DNA of 62,759 bases from Patescibacteria group bacterium (GCA_028707065.1 JAQTUZ010000008.1:1-62759), one strand, 5' to 3'; positions 49,152-58,676 are shown, counted from the stretch's first letter. The notes: generated from the letters alone by a model not told the origin. Made by a program: numbers and translations.

Positions 49152-51089
49152 ATGACCAAAAAATCAGCAAAAAAGGCCAAAAAGACGAATGCGGGAGGGG
49201 AACTAACTGATGTTTTATTAGCTTCCAAGAAGCTTTATAAGCCGTCGGCAGAGCTTGTTAAAAATGCGGTAGTGAAGGATTGGGAAAAGGCACGAAGAGA
49301 AGCGGATAAGGATCCGCTCGGTTATTGGGAAGAAGCGGCGAAAGATCTGGTTTGGTTCAAACCCTGGACGCAAGTTTTAGATAAATCGCAGAAGCCATTT
49401 TTCAAATGGTTCATCGGCGGGCAAACCAACCTGGCTTATAACGCGATCGACCGCTGGCTGAATACGCCGAAGGAAGACAAGATTGCAATTATGTCCGAAG
49501 ATGAAACCGGCCGTGCCCGCCAATTCACCTATAAAGAAGTTTCCCGTGAAGTGAATAAGATCGTTAATGGCTTAAAGGGTTTGGGAATAAAGAAAGGTGA
49601 TCGCGTCGCGATCTATATGCCGAATATTCCCGAGATCGCCTTTGCGATGTTGGCTTGCGCCAAGCTCGGCGCGATGCACTCGGTAGTTTATGCCGGTTAT
49701 TCCGCGACTGCCTTGAAGGACAGAATCAATGACGCGCAGGCGAAGGTTGTTTTCACCGCCGATGGTTCCTGGCGCCGCGGCAAAGCGATAAATTTGAAAG
49801 CCGTAGTTGATGAAGCAGTTAAGGAATGTCCGAGCGTGGAAAAAGTTATCGTCACCAAAAATAATAATCAGGAAGTGCCGTTTGATGGCGGAAAAAATAT
49901 CTGGCTGCATGATCTGACCAAAGATCAATCAACCGAAGCAAAATGCGAAGCGATGGAAGCTGAAGACCCGGCTTTTGTTCTCTATACTTCGGGCACCACG
50001 AGCAAGCCGAAAGGTGTGGTGCATGTCCATGGCGGTTATCCGGTCGGAGTTTTGCGCACGATGAAATGGATTTGGGATATCAAGGACAATGAAATTTTTT
50101 GGTGCACGGCTGATCCGGGCTGGATCACCGGCCATTCTTATATTATCTATGGGCCGCTCTTGGCCGGCGTCACGACTTTGATGTATGAAGGCACGCCGGA
50201 TTTTCCCGAACAGGATCACATCTGGAGCATGGTGGAAAAATATAAAGTGACGATCCTTTATACGGCGCCGACTTTGATCCGCGCGATGATGAGCTTAGGC
50301 GATGAATTGCCGGACAAGCATGAGATGCCGACCTTGCGTTTGCTTGGTTCGGTGGGCGAGCCGATCAACCCCAAAGCTTGGACTTGGTATTTCAAACATA
50401 TCGGCAAATCCAAGCGGCCGGTATTGGATACTTGGTGGCAGACAGAAACCGGCTGCAATATGATTTCGCCGCTGCCGGTCACGCCGTTAAAGGCAGGCTC
50501 CGCGACCAAACCGTTCCCGGGAATCCAAGCCGACATTTTGGATATGAAAGGCAAAAAGGTTCCGGCCGGCAAAGGCGGCTACTTAGTAATCAAAACCCCT
50601 TGGCCGTCGATGATCCGTACGGTTTTCAATGCGCCGGAAAGATATCTCAAAACTTATTGGCATGATATCAAAGGCGTCTTCTTCACCGGCGATATCGGCT
50701 TTAAAGATAAGGACGGTTATTTCTTCATCCAGGGCCGCACTGATGATATGTTGAAGATCGCGGGACACAGGATTGGCACGGCGGAAGTCGAATCGGCTTT
50801 TGTTTCGCATCCGGCCGTGGCCGAGTGCGGCGTGATCGGCGTGCCCGATGAGATCAAGGGCGAAGTCATCAAGGCTTTCTGCATCTTAAAACAGGGTTTC
50901 ACCGGCGACGATAAATTGAAAGAAGAATTGAAGTTGCACGTCCGCAAGACGATCGGTCCGGTCGCGGTTATGAAAGACGTCGCCTTTGTCGATTCCTTGC
51001 CGAAAACCCGCTCCGGCAAGATCATGCGCCGCATCCTCAAGGCTAAAGAACTCGGCTTGCCGTTAGGCGACACCAGCGCCCTAATCTAA
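49152..51089 (+). CDS. acs: acetyl-CoA synthetase (AMP-forming)
   Basis: 645 aa; YTSGTTSKPKG, WWQTETG, C-terminal SLPKTRSGKIMRR with the conserved regulatory Lys. Confidence 0.95.
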   Translation: MTKKSAKKAKKTNAGGELTDVLLASKKLYKPSAELVKNAVVKDWEKARREADKDPLGYWEEAAKDLVWFKPWTQVLDKSQKPFFKWFIGGQTNLAYNAIDRWLNTPKEDKIAIMSEDETGRARQFTYKEVSREVNKIVNGLKGLGIKKGDRVAIYMPNIPEIAFAMLACAKLGAMHSVVYAGYSATALKDRINDAQAKVVFTADGSWRRGKAINLKAVVDEAVKECPSVEKVIVTKNNNQEVPFDGGKNIWLHDLTKDQSTEAKCEAMEAEDPAFVLYTSGTTSKPKGVVHVHGGYPVGVLRTMKWIWDIKDNEIFWCTADPGWITGHSYIIYGPLLAGVTTLMYEGTPDFPEQDHIWSMVEKYKVTILYTAPTLIRAMMSLGDELPDKHEMPTLRLLGSVGEPINPKAWTWYFKHIGKSKRPVLDTWWQTETGCNMISPLPVTPLKAGSATKPFPGIQADILDMKGKKVPAGKGGYLVIKTPWPSMIRTVFNAPERYLKTYWHDIKGVFFTGDIGFKDKDGYFFIQGRTDDMLKIAGHRIGTAEVESAFVSHPAVAECGVIGVPDEIKGEVIKAFCILKQGFTGDDKLKEELKLHVRKTIGPVAVMKDVAFVDSLPKTRSGKIMRRILKAKELGLPLGDTSALI

Positions 51090-51106
51090 TTTTTCTGTTT
51101 TTAATT

Positions 51107-51613
51107 ATGAAAAAAATAAAAAATTTTGTTTTTCTGTCTTGCGCCGTGATATTCACCGCGGGCGTTCTTACGGCTTGTTCGACCGAAGAACTTGGAAATA
51201 ATGGCGCAAACGACGGAGTCAAAGCCGTAACTAATAAAGTTTCGGTCTGCGATCTGGCGAAAGAACCGAATAAATATCTTAACAAAACTATCAGCGTTGA
51301 AGGTTCTTTGCGGCTTTTCAATAAGGAAGCTGAGCCGATCTTCGGCGCTTACGTTTTGGAAGATAATAATTGCAAGATCGGAGTTGAGGGCTGGCTGCCA
51401 ACGTCTGTCGCTACTTGTCCGCCTGAAGTTAAAGATTGCAATCCGCCGGATACGATCCGCGATTACGCCGGAATCGGAAAGAGGGTGCGGATAAACAGCG
51501 GGGTTTTTTATGAAGAGCCCAGGCGCGAATTGAAGAACGGCACTGTCATCGAGGCTAAATATGGAATATCCCCGGAAACCAAGAACGGGGTGAATATTGA
51601 TATTATTCAATAG
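51107..51613 (+). CDS. putative lipoprotein (168 aa)
   Basis: Signal peptide with lipobox LTAC (FLSCAVIFTAGVLTACSTEE). Confidence 0.6.
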   Translation: MKKIKNFVFLSCAVIFTAGVLTACSTEELGNNGANDGVKAVTNKVSVCDLAKEPNKYLNKTISVEGSLRLFNKEAEPIFGAYVLEDNNCKIGVEGWLPTSVATCPPEVKDCNPPDTIRDYAGIGKRVRINSGVFYEEPRRELKNGTVIEAKYGISPETKNGVNIDIIQ

Positions 51614-51747
51614 TCTTTTTTATGAAGCGAGTTTGATTCTGCAGCGGAACCAAAGATGAACTGGAGAAGAAGACTTGGTTCCATCGTAGTCAGGGCTGAT
51701 TCCGTGGTGCCACAAAAATATTAATTCAGCTAATCAACGTTAATTTT

Positions 51748-52542
51748 ATGAATGGAAAGAAGATAATATTTTACGTTGTCATTTTAATTTTGATTTTGTT
51801 CGGCGTTTCCCAATCCGTTCTCTATTTTCAGGCCGTTGAAAAAAACAAGAAATGCCAGGGTGAAACGGGGACTTTGTCGCAAAAAGTTAACGAACTGTCA
51901 GCTTCGCTCGGATCTGAAAAGCAGGCAAATGACAAGTGTGAGAAAGAAAAAGCTGATCAAGCAGATTGGCTTTTAACGCCCCAAAATTGCACAGGCAAGC
52001 AGATTCTCGAAGGAGCGATTGGCAGTGCTGTGCTGGAGAAAATTTCAACTAGCAACAATATCGGTAAAAGTAAATTTGATAACAAGAATTTTTTCTTTTA
52101 CTATCCGAATAGTTGGAAAATTACAATTTTAAGAGGCGATGAAGTAAAAAACTATGGATACAGAGAGAAAATACTGATTAAGGACAATCAGCGCGAAGTT
52201 GCTATTGGTGTCAGGACTTCATCTTTGCCAGCTTATATAAATAGTTTTTCCGCTTGCCTCGATGATTGTATCGGCGTATATGACGTTAGGTTGACTAGTG
52301 TTGTCGGCGGGGCAAGTTGCGCAGAGGAATATTCCGTCAATTTTTTAAAGAAATTTTTAACAGAAAATTATTCAGAATATATTGTTAATAATGGTACTGG
52401 TGGAGGGATAAGCTATTCTTTGAATAAAATTTCCAATGGCCAAGTCGTTTATTTATTTTGGGGGAGTGATAGTGACGGTCTTGATCATGAAGACGTAGAA
52501 AAATATGCCAGGGAGATAATACCGTCGTTTGTCCTTAAATAA
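51748..52542 (+). CDS. hypothetical membrane-anchored protein (264 aa)
   Basis: N-terminal TM (IIFYVVILILILFGV), coiled-coil, Cys-containing C-terminal domain; AT-rich. Confidence 0.5.
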   Translation: MNGKKIIFYVVILILILFGVSQSVLYFQAVEKNKKCQGETGTLSQKVNELSASLGSEKQANDKCEKEKADQADWLLTPQNCTGKQILEGAIGSAVLEKISTSNNIGKSKFDNKNFFFYYPNSWKITILRGDEVKNYGYREKILIKDNQREVAIGVRTSSLPAYINSFSACLDDCIGVYDVRLTSVVGGASCAEEYSVNFLKKFLTENYSEYIVNNGTGGGISYSLNKISNGQVVYLFWGSDSDGLDHEDVEKYAREIIPSFVLK

Positions 52543-52568
52543 TTTAGTTGATTTGACGACTTTACTAT

Positions 52569-53138
52569 ATGAAGCGAGTTTTTATTATCCATGGCTGGGG
52601 AGGATCAGGCGGCGAAGGCTGGCAGGCTTGGCTTAAAGATGAATTAGAAGAAAAGGGTTTTGAAGTCTATGCTCCCGATATGCCGGATACGGAAAATCCG
52701 GATATCGAAGCCTGGGTTTCTACTCTGGCAAAATTGGTCGGGAAATGCGATGAGAAAACTTTTTTTGTCGGCCATAGTGTCGGCTGTCAGACAATTTTGC
52801 GCTATCTGGCTGAATTGCCTGAGGGTGAAAAAGCTGGTGGTGCGGTATTTGCCGCCGGCTGGTTTAATTTAAAAGGTTTGACTTTTCAAGAAGAAGAGAT
52901 CGCGATGCCCTGGTTAAGATTGCCGATCGATTTGGAAAAAGTTAAAACCAAAACAACCAAGTTTTTTGCCGTTTTTTCCGACAACGATCCAGTCGTTCCG
53001 CTCTCCGATGAAGAATTATTCAAAGAAAATCTGGGCGCCGAAACAGCCGTCTTAAAAGATAAAGAGCATTTTACCGGCGAAACGGATATCAACGAATTGC
53101 CAATCGTTTTGGAAAAGCTTTTGGCGATGGCGAAGTAA
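52569..53138 (+). CDS. YdeN/RBBP9-type alpha/beta serine hydrolase, copy 1
   Basis: MKRVFIIHGW, nucleophile elbow GHSVGC, SDNDPVVPL, KEHF. Confidence 0.75.
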   Translation: MKRVFIIHGWGGSGGEGWQAWLKDELEEKGFEVYAPDMPDTENPDIEAWVSTLAKLVGKCDEKTFFVGHSVGCQTILRYLAELPEGEKAGGAVFAAGWFNLKGLTFQEEEIAMPWLRLPIDLEKVKTKTTKFFAVFSDNDPVVPLSDEELFKENLGAETAVLKDKEHFTGETDINELPIVLEKLLAMAK

Positions 53139-53142
53139 AAAT

Positions 53143-53784
53143 ATGAAAAGAGTCTTTATAATTCATGGCTGGGAGGCCGATCCGGGAAGCAATTGGTTCC
53201 CTTGGTTGAAAGATGAGTTAATCAAAAAAGGCATTGAGGCCGAAGTTCCGACCATGCCGAATTCGGCGCATCCTCTGTGCGCCGAATGGGTTGCTTATTT
53301 AAAAAAGATCGTCGGCAAAACCGACAAAGATACTTTTTTAGTCGGTCACAGCTTGGGCGTAATCGCTATTTTACGTTATCTGGAATCAATGGCGGCGAAG
53401 GAAAAGATCGGCGGCGCGATTTTGGTCGCCGGTTTCCCTGAACCATTGCCGGCAAGCGACGGAGGAGATTTTTCCGAACTGAATAATTTTTTTGCTAAAC
53501 CGTTGGATTATGAAAAAATAAAAAATAATGTCAGTAATAGACCCACCCCGCCTCCGTCAGGGACGGAGTCACCCCTCCCGGGGAGGGGACAAATTTTTTC
53601 CGGCTTCGTGGCAATCCACTCCGACAATGATCCTTATGTGCCGCTGGCCAACGGAAAAATTTTGCAAAAAAAATTAGGCGCTGAGTTGATTGTGATTTCG
53701 GGCGGCGGCCATTTGAATGCCGGCGACGGATTTTTCCAATTTCCTTTGGTCTTAGAAAAGATTTTGCGATGGACTAATAATTAA
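53143..53784 (+). CDS. YdeN/RBBP9-type alpha/beta serine hydrolase, copy 2 (with PE-A insert)
   Basis: MKRVFIIHGW, GHSLGV, SDNDPYVPL, GGGHL; tandem paralogue of 52569-53138 with a ~19-aa extra segment encoded by PE-A. Confidence 0.75.
   Translation: MKRVFIIHGWEADPGSNWFPWLKDELIKKGIEAEVPTMPNSAHPLCAEWVAYLKKIVGKTDKDTFLVGHSLGVIAILRYLESMAAKEKIGGAILVAGFPEPLPASDGGDFSELNNFFAKPLDYEKIKNNVSNRPTPPPSGTESPLPGRGQIFSGFVAIHSDNDPYVPLANGKILQKKLGAELIVISGGGHLNAGDGFFQFPLVLEKILRWTNN
53539..53590 (+). repeat. PE-A element inside hydrolase copy 2 (in-frame, sense)
   Basis: agacccaccccgcctccgtcagggacggagtcacccctcccggggaggggac; translated RPTPPPSGTESPLPGRG; absent from the tandem paralogue. Confidence 0.9.
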
Positions 53785-53792
53785 TTTAATTT

Positions 53793-53831
53793 CCGCGTTA
53801 CGAGTTATGCGTTACGCGTTATGAGAATATC
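53793..53831 (+). repeat. R4 arm abutting the ACD-GNAT start codon
   Basis: ccgcgttacgagttatgcgttacgcgttatgagaatatc followed by ATG 53832. Confidence 0.8.
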
Positions 53832-56573
53832 ATGGAAACAGCATATCCGCTTAGTGAAAAAAAATTAGATAAGATTTTTAATCCGCAAACGATTGCGGTG
53901 ATTGGCGCTTCCGACCGCGAAGGCGGCGTTGGTAATGCGCTGATGAAGAATCTGATCGGCAATAATTTCGGCGGCATTGTCTATCCGGTCAATCCTAACC
54001 GCGCCAGCGTGCAGGGGATCAAAGCTTATCTGAGGATTGGCGATATTCCTGATAAGATTGATCTGGCGATCATTGCCACTCCGGCGCCGACCGTTCCGGG
54101 CTTGGCGCTCGAATGCGGACAGGCCGGCGTGGCCGGTTTGATCATCATTTCTTCCGGTTTTGATGAGATCGGCGCCAAGGGCAAGAAAATGAGCGAAGAA
54201 ATTTCCTCGATCGCCAAAGAATACGGCATGCGCGTCATCGGTCCGAATTGTTTGGGATTTATCCGGCCGTCGATCAATCTGAACGCCAGTTTTGCCAACA
54301 AGATGGCTTTGCCCGGCCATATCGCTTTTATTTCCCAGTCCGGCGCGCTCTGCACTTCGATTTTGGACTGGTCGATCAAGAACAATGTCGGTTTTTCCCA
54401 GTTCGTTTCGATTGGTTCGGCGATCGATATCACTTATCATGATTTGATCGATTATTTTGGTGATGACCCGCACACTTCCAGTATCTTGATCTATATGGAG
54501 TCGCTCACTGAAGCGAGGAAATTTATGAGCGCGGCGCGAGCATTTTCTCGCCAGAAGCCGATCGTGGTCTTGAAAGTCGGGCGCACTGAAGCCGGATCAA
54601 AAGCCGCCAAATCACATACCGGCGCCTTGACCGGCAATGATGCGATTTATGACGCGGCTTTTGAGCGCGCCGGCATCATCCGGGTTGATGGCGCGCTGGA
54701 TCTTTTCCATGTCGCCAAGATGCTTTCGATGCAGTCACGGCCGGCGGATAATCGCGTGGCGGTAATCACTAATGCCGGTGGACCGGGCGTAATTGCGGCT
54801 GATCGTTTGGCTTTGAAAGGCGGGCGGTTGGCGCCATTAGCCCACACTACCGTTTCCGAATTAAAAAAAATTCTGCCGTCGGCGGCTTCCACGGCCAATC
54901 CAGTGGATATTTTAGGTGATGCTGATCCGCACCGTTATCGCGCCGCGGTGGAATTATGTCTGGCTGATCCGAACGTTGACGCGGCTTTGATAATCTTGAC
55001 GCCGCAGGAAATGACCAGTCCGACCGACGTGGCGCGGCAGATCGTTTCGATCAAGAATAAAACCGGCAAGACCATGTTCGCGTCCTGGATGGGCGGCGAT
55101 GACGTGGCCGAAGGCCGGGAGATTTTGGAAAAAGGTCATATCCCGATCTACCGCACGCCGGAAGAAGCCGTGGATATATTTATGTACGTGGATAGTTATC
55201 GGCGGCGTCTGGAATTTTTGAAAGAAACTCCGGGTTCGGTGCCGCACGCTTTCAAGCCCAAGACGGAAAAAAATCGCGAGCTCGTGGAAAAAGTCATCGC
55301 GGACGGCCGGACAGTAATGACTGAAGCCGAGGCCAAGGAAATGATCGCTAATTATGGAATTCCGGTAGCCAAGAATGGCACGGCTAATTCGGCGTCTGAA
55401 GCCGGTGCGATCGCCGAAGGGATCGGAATGCCTGTGGTGATGAAAATTTTGTCGCCGGATATTTTACACAAGACCGATATCGGCGGCGTGAAATTGAATA
55501 TCAATTCGCGCGCTGAAGCGGAAGCGGCTTATCATGAAATCATGATTAACGTCCGGAAACCCACCCCGGCCTTCGGCCACCCCTCCCGAGGAGGGGAAGG
55601 CGCCAAGAAAGGCGCGCCCAAAGCCAAGATCGATGGTATTTTTATCGAGGCGATGACCAAGAAGCGCTATGAACTTTTGATCGGCTGCAAGAAAGATGAG
55701 GTTTTCGGGCCGGCGATAGTTTTCGGCATGGGCGGCGTGGCCGTGGAAGTCTTCCGCGACACGGCCGTCGGCTTGCCGCCGTTGAACATGTCTTTGGCTC
55801 TGAAGATGATTCAGGAAACGAAAATTTATAAATTACTCGAAGGTTATCGCGGCATGCCCGGAGTTGATATCGAATCGATCCAATTTTTGCTTTATAAATT
55901 CGCTTATCTGGTCGCTGACTTTCCCGAGATCAAGGAATTGGATATTAATCCTTTCGCGGTTGATGAGAACGGGGGAGTGGTGCTTGATGCCAAAGTTATT
56001 CTGGATGAAAAAGTCTTGGGCGTAAAACACAAACCATACGCTCATCTGGTAATTTCGCCTTATCCCAAAGAATTTGAAACAACTTTGAAGATCAAGGATG
56101 GCAAGAAGGTTTTTGTCCGGGCTTTGCGCCCCGAGGATGAAGAATTAGTGGCCGGATTCTTCCATCATCTTTCACCCGCGGCGCAAAAGGACCGTTATTT
56201 GCAAGTGATCAAAAAGATCGACCATGAGTTTTTATTGCGCTTCACTCAGAATGATTATGACCGCGAGATCGGTTTGGAAGCGGAAATTTCCGCGGGCGGC
56301 AAAAGCGAAATGATCGGCGCCGTCAGATTGGTCGTTGATCCTTATAACGAGAATGCCAAGCTGGCGGCGGTAGTCGTTGACCGCTGGCAGAATAAAGGCC
56401 TGGGCAGCCAATTGATCGATCATATGCTCTCGATCGCTAAAGCTCGCGGCATCAAAAAAGTCTGGGGAGAATTCTTCCCGACCAATAAACGGATCATCAA
56501 AATTTTAGAGAAACGAAATTTTACCATCAAAGCCCGGGGGAAGATTATGATCGGAGAGCTGGAACTAGAATAA
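53832..56573 (+). CDS. ADP-forming acetyl-CoA synthetase (alpha+beta) fused to a C-terminal GNAT acetyltransferase (Pat/PatZ-like architecture)
   Basis: IAVIGASDREGGVG CoA-binding N-terminus, KSHTGALTG His loop, ATP-grasp (PVVMKILSPDILHKTDIGGV), C-terminal GNAT (VVVDRWQNKGLGSQLIDHM). Confidence 0.9.
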   Translation: METAYPLSEKKLDKIFNPQTIAVIGASDREGGVGNALMKNLIGNNFGGIVYPVNPNRASVQGIKAYLRIGDIPDKIDLAIIATPAPTVPGLALECGQAGVAGLIIISSGFDEIGAKGKKMSEEISSIAKEYGMRVIGPNCLGFIRPSINLNASFANKMALPGHIAFISQSGALCTSILDWSIKNNVGFSQFVSIGSAIDITYHDLIDYFGDDPHTSSILIYMESLTEARKFMSAARAFSRQKPIVVLKVGRTEAGSKAAKSHTGALTGNDAIYDAAFERAGIIRVDGALDLFHVAKMLSMQSRPADNRVAVITNAGGPGVIAADRLALKGGRLAPLAHTTVSELKKILPSAASTANPVDILGDADPHRYRAAVELCLADPNVDAALIILTPQEMTSPTDVARQIVSIKNKTGKTMFASWMGGDDVAEGREILEKGHIPIYRTPEEAVDIFMYVDSYRRRLEFLKETPGSVPHAFKPKTEKNRELVEKVIADGRTVMTEAEAKEMIANYGIPVAKNGTANSASEAGAIAEGIGMPVVMKILSPDILHKTDIGGVKLNINSRAEAEAAYHEIMINVRKPTPAFGHPSRGGEGAKKGAPKAKIDGIFIEAMTKKRYELLIGCKKDEVFGPAIVFGMGGVAVEVFRDTAVGLPPLNMSLALKMIQETKIYKLLEGYRGMPGVDIESIQFLLYKFAYLVADFPEIKELDINPFAVDENGGVVLDAKVILDEKVLGVKHKPYAHLVISPYPKEFETTLKIKDGKKVFVRALRPEDEELVAGFFHHLSPAAQKDRYLQVIKKIDHEFLLRFTQNDYDREIGLEAEISAGGKSEMIGAVRLVVDPYNENAKLAAVVVDRWQNKGLGSQLIDHMLSIAKARGIKKVWGEFFPTNKRIIKILEKRNFTIKARGKIMIGELELE
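55557..55599 (+). repeat. PE-A element inside the ACD-GNAT gene (in-frame, sense)
   Basis: aaacccaccccggccttcggccacccctcccgaggaggggaag; translated KPTPAFGHPSRGGEG. Confidence 0.9.
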
Positions 56574-56671
56574 AGTTGAAAGTTATAAAGTCTTAAAGTG
56601 GAAAATAAAAAAGCGCCACACTTTCAATTAATGGCGCTCAGTCGTATAATCGTTATTATTTTGTCAGGGTT

Positions 56672-56899
56672 CTAATGGGCGGCTGTTAATCTTTTTGCTA
56701 ATATAAAATTTACTATTCCCATTAAGAAGTAGACGAAACAAAGGTACCATACGTGGGTAAAAAGAACACTCCCTCCTGCTATAACAGCTAGCACGCCAAT
56801 AGCAATACGGGCTTTCTTTATTTCACCTAGTTTTGTATTAACTACTATGGTATAAAGAAAAACACACACAATGGCAAGCACAACAGCTAAATTAGACAT
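56672..56899 (-). CDS. small membrane protein (75 aa)
   Basis: AAGGAG SD; two to three TM helices; AT-rich. Confidence 0.45.
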   Translation of the reverse strand: MSNLAVVLAIVCVFLYTIVVNTKLGEIKKARIAIGVLAVIAGGSVLFTHVWYLCFVYFLMGIVNFILAKRLTAAH

Positions 56900-56972
56900 A
56901 CCTTAGCTCCTTTTGATAAGGTTCCAATTTTAATACGATTATCTTTTCATATTATATTAATTTTGTCAAGAC

Positions 56973-58676
56973 GTGAAAATAATTAGAAAAAATAAGGAAA
57001 TCGCGGTTTTTATCCTGTTTCTGATCATTGGGTTGGCCATTTACGCCAACTCTTTTGGCAACCAATTTTTTTGGGATGATGATGACGTGATCGTCAATAA
57101 TGTCTATGTCCAAAATTTTCAGCTTGATAAATTTTTCACTCAGAACGAAATTGCCGGCGCTTTCGGGCAAATTTCTAATTACTGGCGTCCGCTCCTGCTG
57201 GTTTCTTTCGCGCTTGATTATAAAATTTGGGGATTGGTTCCGTTCGGCTTTCATCTGACCAATACGCTGCTGCATATTTTGGCCGCTTGGCTGGTATTTA
57301 TTTTTTTATATCAACTGATCGAATTATTTTTGGCCAGGCAAACCGCCGCAGAAGAACCACCCCCAGACCCCTCCTTCCGAAGGAGGGGGGCGCTGCTGGC
57401 ATTTTTGCCGGCGCTGTTTTTTCTGATCCATCCGCTGCAGACCGAAGCCGTGACTTACGTTTCCGGCCGCGGCGATCCTTGGGCGGCCGTCTGGTCGCTT
57501 TTGACCTTGATTTTTTATGTTGTGTTTCGCAACAACGGCCGATGGCGCTTTTATTGGGGGGCTTTGATTTTTTTCGCCGCCGCGCTTTTAGTGAAAGAAC
57601 AGGCGATTTATCTGCCTTTGCTTATCCTTTTGCTTGAAGCGGTTTTTTATTCCATCGATTCCCGCAAAAAAATCATAAAACTTATCAAAAATGTCGCGGC
57701 TTTCTTTGCCTTGGCGGCGGCTTATTTTTTGGCGCGTTTCACTTTCTTGAATTTTAATCATTTTTTATCCGGGTCGGTTAATTTGGTAAACAGTGATTAT
57801 CATCGCAGTCTGGCGCAAAGAGCTTATACTTTTTGTTTGGTGAGCTTGGATTACCTGCGCTTGCTTCTGGTGCCGACCGGTTTGCACATGGAAAGAGAAA
57901 TTACGCCAGTGGAGCATTTTTGGTCCTGGCCGGTAATTACTTTTATCATTTTGGTTGCGGTGGCGGCGATCGTCGCGTTTAAAACCTGGCGGAAAAATCG
58001 GCTCGTGGCTTTCGGGCTCGGCTGGTTCGCCATTACTCTCTTGCCCCATGCCAATTTAGTGGAAACCAACCGGCCGATGTATGAGCACTGGCTTTATTTG
58101 CCTATGGTCGGTTTTTGGCTGGCGCTGTTTTGCCTGATTTTCATTTTGGCGCCGGCAGAGTCTCGCGTAGCGGACTCTGCCGATTTGCCGGGATTTCGGC
58201 AGAGTCCCCGAGGCGGGAGACTCTGCCGGAGCAAATCGATCAGAGTCTGGCTGAAGCGGATTTTTTGTGTTATGCTGATCGCTTGCGTGATTTTTTTCTC
58301 GTTTTTGACGATCAGGCGCAACCGCGACTGGCATGACCCGATAACTTTTTACGAAAAAAATTTAAGCTACGTGCCCGACAGTTTTATTGAGCGCACTAAT
58401 TTGGGCATGGCTTATGACGCTGTCGGACGCTTCGCGGAGGCGATCGTTCAATACCGAACGGCGATCGCCATCGCTGATATTTATCCGCAAGCGCATTATG
58501 ATCTGGCCAATAGTTTGGTGAACGTGAAGCAATACGACGAGGCGGAAAAGGAATATCGGCGCGCCATCGAGATGAGCCCCAAATTCGGCCTGGCGTATCA
58601 GAATTTGTACAATCTTTATATGTATCTTGGCGAAAAAGATAAAGCGGAAAAAATATTAAAAGAAATTAACAAGTAA
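56973..58676 (+). CDS. TMTC/PMT_2-like GT-C membrane glycosyltransferase with C-terminal TPR repeats
   Basis: GTG start; first loop NQFFWDDDDVIVNN; more than 10 TM; C-terminal TPR units (NLGMAYDAVGRFAEAIVQYRTAI..., AHYDLANSLVNVKQYDEAEKEYRRAIE...). Confidence 0.75.
   Translation: MKIIRKNKEIAVFILFLIIGLAIYANSFGNQFFWDDDDVIVNNVYVQNFQLDKFFTQNEIAGAFGQISNYWRPLLLVSFALDYKIWGLVPFGFHLTNTLLHILAAWLVFIFLYQLIELFLARQTAAEEPPPDPSFRRRGALLAFLPALFFLIHPLQTEAVTYVSGRGDPWAAVWSLLTLIFYVVFRNNGRWRFYWGALIFFAAALLVKEQAIYLPLLILLLEAVFYSIDSRKKIIKLIKNVAAFFALAAAYFLARFTFLNFNHFLSGSVNLVNSDYHRSLAQRAYTFCLVSLDYLRLLLVPTGLHMEREITPVEHFWSWPVITFIILVAVAAIVAFKTWRKNRLVAFGLGWFAITLLPHANLVETNRPMYEHWLYLPMVGFWLALFCLIFILAPAESRVADSADLPGFRQSPRGGRLCRSKSIRVWLKRIFCVMLIACVIFFSFLTIRRNRDWHDPITFYEKNLSYVPDSFIERTNLGMAYDAVGRFAEAIVQYRTAIAIADIYPQAHYDLANSLVNVKQYDEAEKEYRRAIEMSPKFGLAYQNLYNLYMYLGEKDKAEKILKEINK
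57354..57390 (+). repeat. PE-B element inside the TMTC-like gene (in-frame)
   Basis: gaaccacccccagacccctccttccgaaggagggggg; translated EPPPDPSFRRRG. Confidence 0.85.
58154..58227 (+). repeat. PE-F: two GGCAGAGTC...GACTCTGCC hairpins inside the TMTC-like gene (in-frame)
   Basis: ggcagagtctcgcgtagcggactctgcc (58154-58181) and ggcagagtccccgaggcgggagactctgcc (58198-58227); translated AESRVADSADLPGFRQSPRGGRLC. Confidence 0.85.

Noticed and set aside
51621-51640. The 14-mer tatgaagcgagttt matching the start of hydrolase gene 52569, and the 10-mer GCCATAGTCC shared by 265-274 and 48061-48070
   Set aside because: Matches of this length are expected by chance several to many times in 62 kb when both strands are considered. 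There is no extended similarity around them.
51638-51712. tRNA-like 3' end (gattccgtggtgcca), and the ggttcgaaaat motif near position 76
   Set aside because: No complementary acceptor 5' strand or cloverleaf can be drawn. I found no tRNA, tmRNA or rRNA signature anywhere in the window by eye, though a tRNAscan or Infernal run should confirm this.
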